Shown here in pieces: positions 28,188-36,872 of a stretch of DNA of 39,254 nt. The first letter of the stretch is position 1. Each line of letters starts with the position of its first letter. The position numbers and the translations under genes are program-made. The DNA lies in the NCBI GenBank assembly GCA_033853815.1, contig JAWOLE010000092.1, forward strand, positions 1 to 39,254. Direction: 5' to 3'. Below the pieces are notes generated by a model. That model made no database searches, had not been told where the DNA came from, and worked only from the letters and a program-made list of their open reading frames with translations. This stretch comes from Thermoanaerobaculia bacterium (GTDB taxonomy: Bacteria > Acidobacteriota > Thermoanaerobaculia > UBA5066 > Gp7-AA6).

Positions 28188-29867
28188 ATGCCGCCGCAGG
28201 CGCCTCGGGACCGCGAGCGCCGCGCGGGTTTTGCGGTCGCGGGACTCTTCGCGTTCCTGACCGTCTATTTCACCGGGGCCTTTCCGCCGTTCGCGGATCC
28301 GAACGAGCTGTCGCGCCAGGAGGCCGTTTACGCCTTCGTCGAGACGGGGACCTGGCGGATCGACGACGCCATCCGCGTCCTGGGAGACCAGGAGGACAAG
28401 GCGGTCTCCGGCGGCCATTTCTACTCCAACAAGGCGCCCGGCCTGGCGTTCGCGGCGGTCCCCGTCTACCGCGCCCTGCGCGTCTTTCTGCCCGCGCCCC
28501 GCTCCCCGAGCGCCGCGATTTTCCTTCTCCTGCGGATCCTGACCGTCAGCCTGCTGTCCGTCCTCGCGCTCTTCCGGCTCGCGGCGCGCCTCGCGCCGCA
28601 AGGGGGCGCGGCGACTTCCGCGCAACGGCGGAGCGCGGCGAACTCCGCGCAACAAGGGAGTGCGGCGAATTTCTCGCCGCGTCGGGGCGCGGCCCTGATT
28701 GTCTTCGCCGTGGCCTTCGGCACGCCCTTTCTCTTCTACGCGCGCAGCTTCTTCTCGCACACCTGGTCGGCGGCGCTTCTCTTTCTGGCGTGGGACCTGG
28801 TGCGCCGGCGCGAGGACGCTGTCCCGGAGCGGGGATGGCCGCTTCTCCTGGCCGCAGGCCTGCTGGCGGGTTGGGCCGCATTCTCGGAGTACACGGCGGC
28901 GCCGCTGGTCCTCTTTCTCCTCCTGCGCGCGGCATGGCGGCGGGCGCGCAACGCGATCCCGTTCGCGGCGGGGGCGGGGATTCCGTTTCTGCTGCTCCTC
29001 TCCTACAACGCTGCCTGTTTCGGGTCCCCGTTCGTGCTCTCCTCGGCGCGCGAGTGGCGATCGGACTTCGCTTCGCTGGCCGGGAAGGGCCTCTTCGGTC
29101 TCGGGGCGCCGAGCCCCAGGATCGCCTGGAGCCTGCTCTTCGATCCGGCCCGGGGGTTGCTGCTCTTCTCCCCGTTCCTGGTCTTCCTTCTGCCCGGGTT
29201 CATTGCCTGGTGGCGGTCCAGGGAGGATCGCGCCGATTTCTGGTTCTGCCTGGCGGCCATGCTCGGCCTCTTTCTGCCGATCAGCGGCTATCCCAACTGG
29301 CACGGAGGCTGGTCGCTCGGAGACCGCTACCTTCTGCCGGTCATCTTCCTGGCCGCTCTCGTTCTCGCTCGGGGTCTTTCCACGCCTCTTGCCCGAGGTC
29401 TTTTTTCGATGGCCGCGGTGTTCTCGGCGGCCGTTCACCTGCTGCTGACCGCCAGCTGGGTTCATCTCCCGCCGGACCTCTCCTGGCCACCCGGCAGCGC
29501 TTCCCTCTGGTTTCTCATCCATCGCTGGGCGGCGCCCAATCTTCTCTCGCCGCTCGGATGGGCGTCCCTGCTGCTGCCGTTGCTCGCCTGCGCCGTGGCG
29601 GGAGCCCTGGCACTCAACGCGGCGGCCCCGCTCTCCCCGCGGCCGCTCCTCGGCGTTTCCCTCCCGCTCTTGCTTTTCGCCCTGACGCTCGCGCGTCCGC
29701 CCCGGCCTCCCTACTGGGTGCGGCTCTGGCGCGCCGCGATGCTGGGAGCCTTCTCGGGGCAGGATCCCGCGAGGGAAGAGCTCAAGCGAGTCGGGCTCTC
29801 GGCGAGCAGCCCGACCGAGAAGAACATGGCGGGAGGCGCCTGGCGGCTCTACGGGCCGAGCCGTTAG
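28188..29867 (+). CDS. Polytopic GT-C-like membrane protein
   Basis: DPNELSR, D....GHFYSNKAPG, FGTPFLFYARSFFSH, LFDPARGLLLFSP, WHGGWSLGDRYLLP; ATG at 28188 preferred over the repeat-derived TTG at 28167. Confidence 0.7.
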   Translation: MPPQAPRDRERRAGFAVAGLFAFLTVYFTGAFPPFADPNELSRQEAVYAFVETGTWRIDDAIRVLGDQEDKAVSGGHFYSNKAPGLAFAAVPVYRALRVFLPAPRSPSAAIFLLLRILTVSLLSVLALFRLAARLAPQGGAATSAQRRSAANSAQQGSAANFSPRRGAALIVFAVAFGTPFLFYARSFFSHTWSAALLFLAWDLVRRREDAVPERGWPLLLAAGLLAGWAAFSEYTAAPLVLFLLLRAAWRRARNAIPFAAGAGIPFLLLLSYNAACFGSPFVLSSAREWRSDFASLAGKGLFGLGAPSPRIAWSLLFDPARGLLLFSPFLVFLLPGFIAWWRSREDRADFWFCLAAMLGLFLPISGYPNWHGGWSLGDRYLLPVIFLAALVLARGLSTPLARGLFSMAAVFSAAVHLLLTASWVHLPPDLSWPPGSASLWFLIHRWAAPNLLSPLGWASLLLPLLACAVAGALALNAAAPLSPRPLLGVSLPLLLFALTLARPPRPPYWVRLWRAAMLGAFSGQDPAREELKRVGLSASSPTEKNMAGGAWRLYGPSR

Positions 29868-31894
29868 TCCGGAACGATCTCGAAGACCTTCCAGCGCGCG
29901 AGCCAGCGTCCGCCGCGCCGGATCGCGGAGCGAGAGCGGTAGACGAGGCGGAAATGAGCGAGAGGCGCTATCTGCACGTCGCCGGCCCGGGCGCCGCCGC
30001 CGTCGAAATCGTAGAGGCGTGACTGGAGAGTGGAGAAATACGCCGGCATCGGCACGGGGCCCTGTTCGGTGACGCGCAGGTAGGGGGGGCGCCCGAGAAA
30101 GCCCGCGTAGTCGTTCATGCGCGGCACCAGGTCGGTCGCAAGCACCCAGCGCGCCCTCCGCCCGGCGGCCAGGGTTAGCGCCTCCTCCTCGGATTCCGCG
30201 AGGAAGAACCGGACCGAGTCGAGGAAGCCGTAGCCGAAGTTGTTGGCGACGACCGGCAGTTCCGCCTCGTACAGGATGAGATGGCCGAGCGACCAGGGAG
30301 CGAGCACCGAGGAGGCCTTCGCCAGGTCCGGAAGAGGGGCGCTCGAGAGCAGGCGCGGGTCGTAAGCGTCCACAGCGTGCGGGAGGCGCAGGCGCATCCA
30401 GTCCAGGGTGTCGAAGAGGTCCGAGCCCGGCACACGGATGGCCGTCACCTCTTCGCGGATGCCCGGCGCCATCGGCAGGGCGAGGGCCGCTCCGCAGAGG
30501 ACTGCGAGAACAGAGGCGGACCGAGGGGTCGAGACGAGCCGACGGGCGAGGCCGGCGGCTTCGATGAGGCAGAGGCCGGCCAGGGGCACGGCGTAGTAGA
30601 CGTTCAGCCGCTGGGATAGGGCGAGGAAGAGTGTGACCGCGCCCCAGACCGCGAGAGCGATGTGGACGCCCGGCCGCTGCCGGCGCGCGGCGCGAGTGGC
30701 CCACAGCAGCACGATCAGCGGCGAGAGGAGGAACGCTGCGGAGAGCTGCGTGACGGGCAGGCCGAGGCCATCGGCCAGTAGGGGACGCGCCTCGAAGATC
30801 CCGGAGAGCCAGTTCTTCGGATAGGAGACGTAACCGCTCGCTCCCGAGACTTCGCTCGTCGCGCCGGCGACGTAGCCGATTCCGCGGGCGAGTCCCAGCC
30901 AGAGGTGCGGGGCGAAGGGGAGGACGGCCAGGGCCGCGGCCGCGATCGCGGCGGCACGCCAGCCCGTCTCGCGCCGCGTGAGCTGCCAGCGCGCGGCGCG
31001 CACGGCCGAGTCGAGGAGGATCGTCCCGCCGGCGAGCGCGGCGAGGAAGAGCGGCTGGAAGAGTCCGAAGCTGATGTAGGTGAAGGGGGGGCGCGCGGGG
31101 CCGAGCCAGGCCGCGGTGGCCGGCAGGACGATCGCCGCGGCGAGCCCGAGGATCGAGACGGCCGGCCGGAAGACGCTCTCCCGGGTCACGAGGGCCTCCA
31201 GGAAGAGCGAGAGAGCAATGACCGCGCCCCAGCAGATCGCTCCCTGCCAGGTCAGCACGGCCAGCGCCAGAGCCACGCCCGTGGCGACTTCATTCCAGAT
31301 TCCAGGTTCCAGATTCCAAGCGGCCCGCCTCGCCTCCTGGAATCTGGAATCTGGAATTTGGAATCTGCTCCTGATGAAGAGGAGCAGGACAAGCAGTCCG
31401 AAGAAGGATTCCGCCACGTGCTGGTCGGTGTGCCCGAACTGGGTCCACAGGATGTGGCCCGGCGCGACGGCTACGAAGAGGGCGAGGACGGCGCCTCCGG
31501 CCGGGCCGGCGGCCTCGAGACCCAGGAGGCCGGCCAGGACGATCGAGCCGGCCGCGAAGAAGAGGGGAACCCAGAGCGCCTCCCGCTCGACAGCCTCGGG
31601 CGGGGCGGAAGCGCCATGGAGGATCCGGGACGGCGTCGCGAGCGCGACGTCGAAGAGCGGCGGCCAGATGGCGACGCCTCCCTGCGGGAAGTTCATCAGC
31701 GGATCGAATACGATCGTGCGCGGATAGTGGGAGACCGCGAAACGCGCGCGCCGCAGATGGTAGTAGTCGTCGGCGGTCAGGGCCCGCGCCCGCGCTCCCG
31801 AGGTCAGCTGCTCCCGCGTGGAGAGGCGCAGGCCCGCGCCGATCGCGACCGCGGCGGCGATGCCCAGGAGCAACAGCGCCCGCCGTGATCGCAT
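29864..31894 (-). CDS. STT3/AglB-like oligosaccharyltransferase
   Basis: ADDYYHLRR, FDPLMNFPQG..IWPPLFD, GHTDQHVAE (DxH-type metal motif), IFEARPL (TIxE equivalent), VLAPWSLGHLI...VVANNFG (WWDYG equivalent), FFLAESEEEA; GGAGG before the ATG. Confidence 0.8.
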   Translation of the reverse strand: MRSRRALLLLGIAAAVAIGAGLRLSTREQLTSGARARALTADDYYHLRRARFAVSHYPRTIVFDPLMNFPQGGVAIWPPLFDVALATPSRILHGASAPPEAVEREALWVPLFFAAGSIVLAGLLGLEAAGPAGGAVLALFVAVAPGHILWTQFGHTDQHVAESFFGLLVLLLFIRSRFQIPDSRFQEARRAAWNLEPGIWNEVATGVALALAVLTWQGAICWGAVIALSLFLEALVTRESVFRPAVSILGLAAAIVLPATAAWLGPARPPFTYISFGLFQPLFLAALAGGTILLDSAVRAARWQLTRRETGWRAAAIAAAALAVLPFAPHLWLGLARGIGYVAGATSEVSGASGYVSYPKNWLSGIFEARPLLADGLGLPVTQLSAAFLLSPLIVLLWATRAARRQRPGVHIALAVWGAVTLFLALSQRLNVYYAVPLAGLCLIEAAGLARRLVSTPRSASVLAVLCGAALALPMAPGIREEVTAIRVPGSDLFDTLDWMRLRLPHAVDAYDPRLLSSAPLPDLAKASSVLAPWSLGHLILYEAELPVVANNFGYGFLDSVRFFLAESEEEALTLAAGRRARWVLATDLVPRMNDYAGFLGRPPYLRVTEQGPVPMPAYFSTLQSRLYDFDGGGARAGDVQIAPLAHFRLVYRSRSAIRRGGRWLARWKVFEIVPD
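31292..31366. repeat. Heptamer array with inverted counterpart inside the STT3 CDS (ATTCCAG x4 / CTGGAAT x4)
   Basis: Encodes RFQIPDSRFQEARRAAWNLEPGIWN between two TM helices. Confidence 0.9.
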
Positions 31895-31978
31895 GAGCCT
31901 CCATTATGGGGCCGCAAGGCGTGATGCGAATCGGTAGTGGGTCGTTTTCAGGATCGAGCGGATCGTGGCGGAAAGGAC

Positions 31979-32339
31979 GCCCCGGAGCCGTCGGCATTCC
32001 CTACGAGGCACGCTCCGGCAGGCCGCTCTATCCTCAACCGGCCGTCGCTGAGGGTTCCTCGCAGTCTCAGCGTGGCACAGGTCGCACCCTTCCGTGCTCG
32101 TCACCCATCACCTCGTGCGGGAACGCCGCCGTCTCCGGGGCTCGCGTCGGTGCATAACGTCACGCTGGAGCCCGGCGGCGGGCCCGCCTCCCGGAGGAGT
32201 GCCTTTTGCGAAGGCGCTCCACCTGCGACTCCGTCACGCCACGATGCGACTGCGCCTTCGCAATAGAGCGACGGCCGGTACTCGCTACCTATGGACGTGC
32301 CGTCGCGTGCCGACGAGGGAGGCGGGCCCGACGCCGGGC
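31979..32339. repeat. Structured ~360-bp intergenic element, copy 2 (most diverged; core inverted relative to its flanks)
   Basis: IR at 31998-32013 (degenerate) / 32305-32320; perfect stems 32037-32049/32267-32279 and 32206-32217/32252-32263. Confidence 0.85.
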
Positions 32340-32451
32340 GGATGAACAGGGAAGTTCTGATACTGACCCACTGCCCGCGAATCGCCACGTCGCCGCTCCG
32401 CCTTACGGCCTACCGCCTTTCGCCTCCCGCCCGGTTATCATTCCCGCAACC

Positions 32452-33150
32452 GTGAAACTGTCCGTCCTGATCCCCGTGTACAACGAGGCGCAGACGATCG
32501 ACGATGTCTTGCGGCTGGTCTCCGCCGTGCCGATCGATAAGGAGATCCTCGTCGTGGACGACGGCTCGGTGGACGGCACTCCCGAGATCCTGGCGCGGTG
32601 GGAGGGCAGGGACGGCGTGCGTGTGTTCCGCCACCCCCGCAACATGGGCAAAGGCCGCGCGGTCTCGACCGCTATCCGCGAGGCGCGCGGCGAGATCCTG
32701 CTGATCCAGGACGCGGACCTCGAGTACGACCCGGCGGAGTATCCGACCCTGCTCGGCCCGATCGAGGCCGGCCGCGCGGACGTCGTCTACGGCTCCCGCT
32801 TCCGGGGCGGCTCGGAGAACCGCGTCCAGTTCTTCTGGCACACGGTGGGCAACCGGCTCTTGACGCTCATCTCCAACGTCTTCACCAACCTGAACCTGTC
32901 CGATATGGCCACCTGCTACAAGGCGTTTCACCGGCGCGTCGTGCCCGCCCTCGACCTGACGTCGAAGCGCTTCGGCGTGGACGCCGAGTTCACCGTCAAG
33001 GTCGCCCGCGGCAGCTTCCGCATCTTCGAGGTCCCCGTCTCCTACTTCGGCCGTTCCCGCGCGGAAGGCAAGAAGATCCGCCTGCGAGACGGCTTCGCCG
33101 CGCTCGCGGCCCTCGTGCGGCACACGCTGGAGCCCAAACGGAAAGCTTGA
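32452..33150 (+). CDS. GT2 polyprenol-phosphate glycosyltransferase (DPM1-like)
   Basis: KLSVLIPVYNE, VDDGSVDGT, NMGKG, IQDADLEYDP, VYGSRF, DMATCYK, EVPVSY; GTG at 32452. Confidence 0.88.
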   Translation: MKLSVLIPVYNEAQTIDDVLRLVSAVPIDKEILVVDDGSVDGTPEILARWEGRDGVRVFRHPRNMGKGRAVSTAIREARGEILLIQDADLEYDPAEYPTLLGPIEAGRADVVYGSRFRGGSENRVQFFWHTVGNRLLTLISNVFTNLNLSDMATCYKAFHRRVVPALDLTSKRFGVDAEFTVKVARGSFRIFEVPVSYFGRSRAEGKKIRLRDGFAALAALVRHTLEPKRKA

Positions 33151-34937
33151 GCGGAGCGCACCCAACACGGTCAAGCCGCGGGCCGCTCGCGATCGCCCTG
33201 GCGGCTGTCGGAGCGGGGGCCATCTCTCTCCTCCTCGTCTACGACCATACCCGCAACGATTCGCTCTCCGCCGACGAGCCCGTTCACATCCTGTCCGGCT
33301 ATTTCGAGGTCTGGGCGCACAACGCGATCGTCAACATCGAGCACCCGCCGCTCATGAAAATGCTGGCCGGCCTCGCGCTCAAAGCCCTTCCCCTGCCGCC
33401 TCCGCCGGCGAGCGTCCCGATGGGCGTCACGTTCACCGACTACGGACACGCCTTCCTGTTCGGCGGACCCGTCTCGCCGGACGCGATCGCCGCGGCCGCG
33501 CGGGCTCCCTTCCTCGTCGTCCTCGCGCTCCTCCTCGCGACGGTCTTCCTCTGGGCGCGCCGGCGCTGGGGCGGCGGGCCCGCCCTCTTCGCGATGGCCC
33601 TGCTCGCGTTCGATCCGAACCTCGTAGCCCACGCCGGCGTCGTGCACACCGACCTCGGCGCGGCGTTGACCTTCCTCATCGCCGTTCTGGCCTGGGAGAG
33701 CGCCCGGCGGCGCGGGTCGGTCGCGGCGCTCATCGGCGCGTCCGCGGCGTTCGGCCTCGCACTCGCGACGAAGTTCTCCGCGGTCTACCTCGCGCCGATC
33801 TTCCTCCTGCAAGGCCTCCTCGGGATCCGCGGGCGGGAGAGGCCCGCGGCCGAAGCGGGCCGCGTGCTCGCGCGGTTCGCGGCCGTTTGCGCCGGAGCGC
33901 TCATCGTGGTGCTCTGTGTGTACGCGCCCGTGACGTCCCGGATGAACCGGGCCGACCAGCGCCGCGTCATTCACGAGATGGTCGCCGGCCGCGGCGCGCC
34001 GGGCCTCTCCGCGGCGATCGAGAACGTCGCCTCGGTTTCCCCGCCGCTCGGGCACTATCTTGGCGGCCTCGCCTCGGTCGCGCGCCAGAACGCGGTGGGA
34101 GGCGGGGTGAACTTCCTGTTCGGAAGGGTCTCGGAGGCGAGCTTTCCCCTCTACTTCTTCGTCGCGTTCCTGGCCAAGAGCACCCTGGCGTTCCTCGTCG
34201 TCACCGCGCTGCTCCTCGTGTCGCTCGCGCGCGACGCGGAGACCCGGGCGGAGGCGCTTCTCCTGCTCCTACCCGTCGGGGTCCTCTTTCTCGCGTCGGT
34301 CGGCACGAGCTACAACATCGGGATCCGCCACATGCTGCCGGTCTATCCCTTCCTGGCGCTCGCCGGCGCGGGACTCCTCGCCAGGGCGCGGGCGAGGTCT
34401 CCGCGAGGAGCCTTGGTGTGGCTGCTGGCGGCGCTCCCGCTCCTCTCGGCCATCGAGATCGCCCGGATCCATCCGCACGAACTCTCGTACTTCAATCCCC
34501 TCGTCGGCGGGCCGGAGAAGGGGCGGACCATCCTCTCGGACTCGAACGTGGACTGGGGGCTCGATCTGAAGCGCCTCGCCGCGGAGATCCGCCGCCGGAG
34601 CGCCGCCGATCCCCATCGGCGCGAAGCCGATCCCACAGTCGCGTACTTCGGCGGGGACGACGTGCCCTACCGGATCGGTGTTCCGGACTTCGTGGCCGAT
34701 CCCCGCGTGCGGGGAGGCCTCGTCGCGGTTTCCTCTCTCTATCTCGCCGAAGGGCCCGAATACTTCCTCTACCACGGCGCTCCGCAAGTCGCGGCCGCCT
34801 TGAAACGGCTGCGGGACGACCTCGCCTCTCGCGGCCGGCCCGCCGGGCGGATCGGCTACTCGATCTATCTCTGGGACCTGCCGCCGTCCGGCACGAGTCC
34901 CGAGTCCGGAGTTCCGAGTCCCGCTTCCCGCCCTTGA
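33147..34937 (+). CDS. ArnT/GT39-like GT-C glycosyltransferase
   Basis: SLSADEPVH, NIEHPPLMK, FDPNLVAHAGVVHTD, LATKFS, NIGIRHMLP, LSDSNVDWG; TTG at 33147 overlaps the GT2 stop. Confidence 0.75.
   Translation: MSGAHPTRSSRGPLAIALAAVGAGAISLLLVYDHTRNDSLSADEPVHILSGYFEVWAHNAIVNIEHPPLMKMLAGLALKALPLPPPPASVPMGVTFTDYGHAFLFGGPVSPDAIAAAARAPFLVVLALLLATVFLWARRRWGGGPALFAMALLAFDPNLVAHAGVVHTDLGAALTFLIAVLAWESARRRGSVAALIGASAAFGLALATKFSAVYLAPIFLLQGLLGIRGRERPAAEAGRVLARFAAVCAGALIVVLCVYAPVTSRMNRADQRRVIHEMVAGRGAPGLSAAIENVASVSPPLGHYLGGLASVARQNAVGGGVNFLFGRVSEASFPLYFFVAFLAKSTLAFLVVTALLLVSLARDAETRAEALLLLLPVGVLFLASVGTSYNIGIRHMLPVYPFLALAGAGLLARARARSPRGALVWLLAALPLLSAIEIARIHPHELSYFNPLVGGPEKGRTILSDSNVDWGLDLKRLAAEIRRRSAADPHRREADPTVAYFGGDDVPYRIGVPDFVADPRVRGGLVAVSSLYLAEGPEYFLYHGAPQVAAALKRLRDDLASRGRPAGRIGYSIYLWDLPPSGTSPESGVPSPASRP
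34895..34929. repeat. Heptamer array GAGTCCC x4-5 at the 3' end of the CDS
   Basis: gagtccc gagtccg gagttcc gagtccc gcttccc. Confidence 0.7.
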
Positions 34938-34994
34938 GGGATCGGAGAAGAGCCTCGTTGGCCGCATAATGCTCGCAAGAGGCAGATCCCGGCA

Positions 34995-36413
34995 ATGAAG
35001 CTTTCAGTCGTGATGCCCGTCTATAACGAGGCGAAGACGGTCCGCGAGATCGTCCGCCAGGTCCAGGCCGTTCCCGTCGACAAGGAGATCCTGATCGTGG
35101 ACGACGGCTCGACGGACGGCACGCGGGAGATCCTGCGCGCGATGGACGGGAAAGACGGCGTGAGGGTCTTTCTCCAGCCTCGCAATCAGGGGAAGGGCGC
35201 CGCGGTTTCCGTCGGTTTCCGCTACGCCGAAGGGGACGTCGTCGTCGTGCAGGACGCGGACCTCGAATACGACCCGCGCGAGTACCCCCGGCTCCTGCGC
35301 CCGATCGAAGAGGGACACGCCGACGTCGTGTACGGCTCGCGCTTCCTCGGCGGGGGCGAGCGGCGGGTCCTCTACTTCTGGCACACCGTGGGCAACCGCC
35401 TGCTGACGCTCGCCTCCAACATGGCGACGAACCTGAACCTGACGGACATGGAGACCTGCTACAAGATGTTCCGGCGCGAGGTCGTCCAGTCCATGACGAT
35501 CGAGTCGCGCCGGTTCGGCATCGAACCCGAGATCACGGCCAAGGTCGCCCGCCGGGGGTATCGCGTTTACGAGGTCCCGATCTCCTACTACGGCCGCACC
35601 TACGAAGAGGGGAAGAAGATCGGCTGGAAGGACGCCTTCTCCGCCCTCTGGACGATCGTCAAGCACCGCTTCCGGGAGGCGGAGAACTCGGCCAACGTCG
35701 GGCACGTCACGCTGGCGCGCCTGGCCAGGCTCGAGCCCTACAACCGCTGGCTCGTCGAGCGTTTCACGAAGGCTCTCGGCCGGCGCATCCTGGAGATCGG
35801 AGCGGGTTTCGGAAACCTGACGCGGCACCTCGTCGAGAGCGACGGAGGCCCCGAGCGCGAGCTGGTCGTCGCTTCCGACGTGGACCCGGTGGCCGTCGAG
35901 TATCTCAAGGGGGCCTTCCGCGACAACCGGATCGTGCGGGTCTCCTCCTACAGCTTCCCGCTGACCCCCGCCGAGCGCGAGGAGATCCGCTCCCTCTCGA
36001 TCGACACGATCGTCTGCTGCAACGTCCTCGAGCACATCGAGGACGACGGCGGGACGCTCGCCGACATGCTGGCGATCCTTCAGCCGGGGGGGCGCCTGGT
36101 GCTCCTCGTCCCGGCGCTCTCCTGGCTCTACGGCACGCTCGACGAACACCTGCGCCATTTCCGGCGCTACGAGAAGGCGGAGCTCGAAGAGAAGCTCGCG
36201 AAGGCCGGGTTCGCGATCGACGACTGCCGCTTCGTCAACCGCGTCGGCATCCTCGGCTGGTTCGTGAATGGAAGAGTCCTGCGGCGCAGGGTTCTGCCGC
36301 GCGGCCAGCTTCGCGCCTTCCGGCTCTTCCTGCCTCTTCTCCGCCGCGAGGAGCAGACCCCCCCGACAACCGGCATGTCCCTGCTCGCCGTCGCCCGCAA
36401 ACCCGCCCCGTAG
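34995..36413 (+). CDS. GT2 (DPM1-like) fused to a class I SAM-dependent methyltransferase
   Basis: N-terminal half paralogous to 32452-33150 (VQDADLEYDP, DMETCYK, FGIEPEIT); C-terminal half ILEIGAGFG, DTIVCCNVLEHIEDD, LQPGGRL, GTLD..L.HFRRY. Confidence 0.88.
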   Translation: MKLSVVMPVYNEAKTVREIVRQVQAVPVDKEILIVDDGSTDGTREILRAMDGKDGVRVFLQPRNQGKGAAVSVGFRYAEGDVVVVQDADLEYDPREYPRLLRPIEEGHADVVYGSRFLGGGERRVLYFWHTVGNRLLTLASNMATNLNLTDMETCYKMFRREVVQSMTIESRRFGIEPEITAKVARRGYRVYEVPISYYGRTYEEGKKIGWKDAFSALWTIVKHRFREAENSANVGHVTLARLARLEPYNRWLVERFTKALGRRILEIGAGFGNLTRHLVESDGGPERELVVASDVDPVAVEYLKGAFRDNRIVRVSSYSFPLTPAEREEIRSLSIDTIVCCNVLEHIEDDGGTLADMLAILQPGGRLVLLVPALSWLYGTLDEHLRHFRRYEKAELEEKLAKAGFAIDDCRFVNRVGILGWFVNGRVLRRRVLPRGQLRAFRLFLPLLRREEQTPPTTGMSLLAVARKPAP

Positions 36414-36436
36414 AGCGGTTCCTCTCGCTTCGAGCC

Positions 36437-36800
36437 GCCCGGGCGTCGGGCCGCCTCCCTCGTCGGCACGCTCCGGCCCTGCCGCCAGAGAGAGAACCGG
36501 GCCGTCGCTGGTCGCTCAGTCGCAGGGATGATGGAGCGAACGATTCAGCATACCTTGCTCCTTCACTCATCGCCTCCTCCGGGAGGCGTCCCGCCGCCGA
36601 GGCTGACGCCCAGACATAAGCCCCACTGCCAGCCCCGGAGCCGGGGGCGTTTCCCGGAGGAGGCCTTGTCCGAGGGCACGCACCGCAGTCGTGGCTGAGA
36701 CTTGCTGTCCCTGTGCCCGAAAGACTAGAGCGGCGCCCGCCGGTGAATTCGCGGCCTGGCCGCCGCGTGCCGACGAGGGAAACGGCGACGGATCCGGGGC
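36437..36800. repeat. Structured ~360-bp intergenic element, copy 3 (reverse complement of copy 1)
   Basis: IR at 36456-36471 / 36765-36780; stem 36572-36584/36652-36664; collinear with the reverse complement of 14528-14890. Confidence 0.9.
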
Positions 36801-36872
36801 GTCTTTCTCAGATCAATCTGCGTTGAGGGTTCTGCGGACGATGGAACCCAGCACTCTTGATCGGTTCAGGGG

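Noticed and set aside
31979-32339. tRNA, tmRNA or RNase P RNA identity for the structured element
   Set aside because: No T-loop/CCA, tag reading frame or RNase P P4 consensus was seen. Three diverged copies with terminal IRs do not fit single-copy housekeeping RNAs.
33147-34937. Naming the gene arnT
   Set aside because: Motifs are generic to ArnT/GT39-like GT-Cs. It is coupled to a different GT2 and lies 9 kb from arnD.
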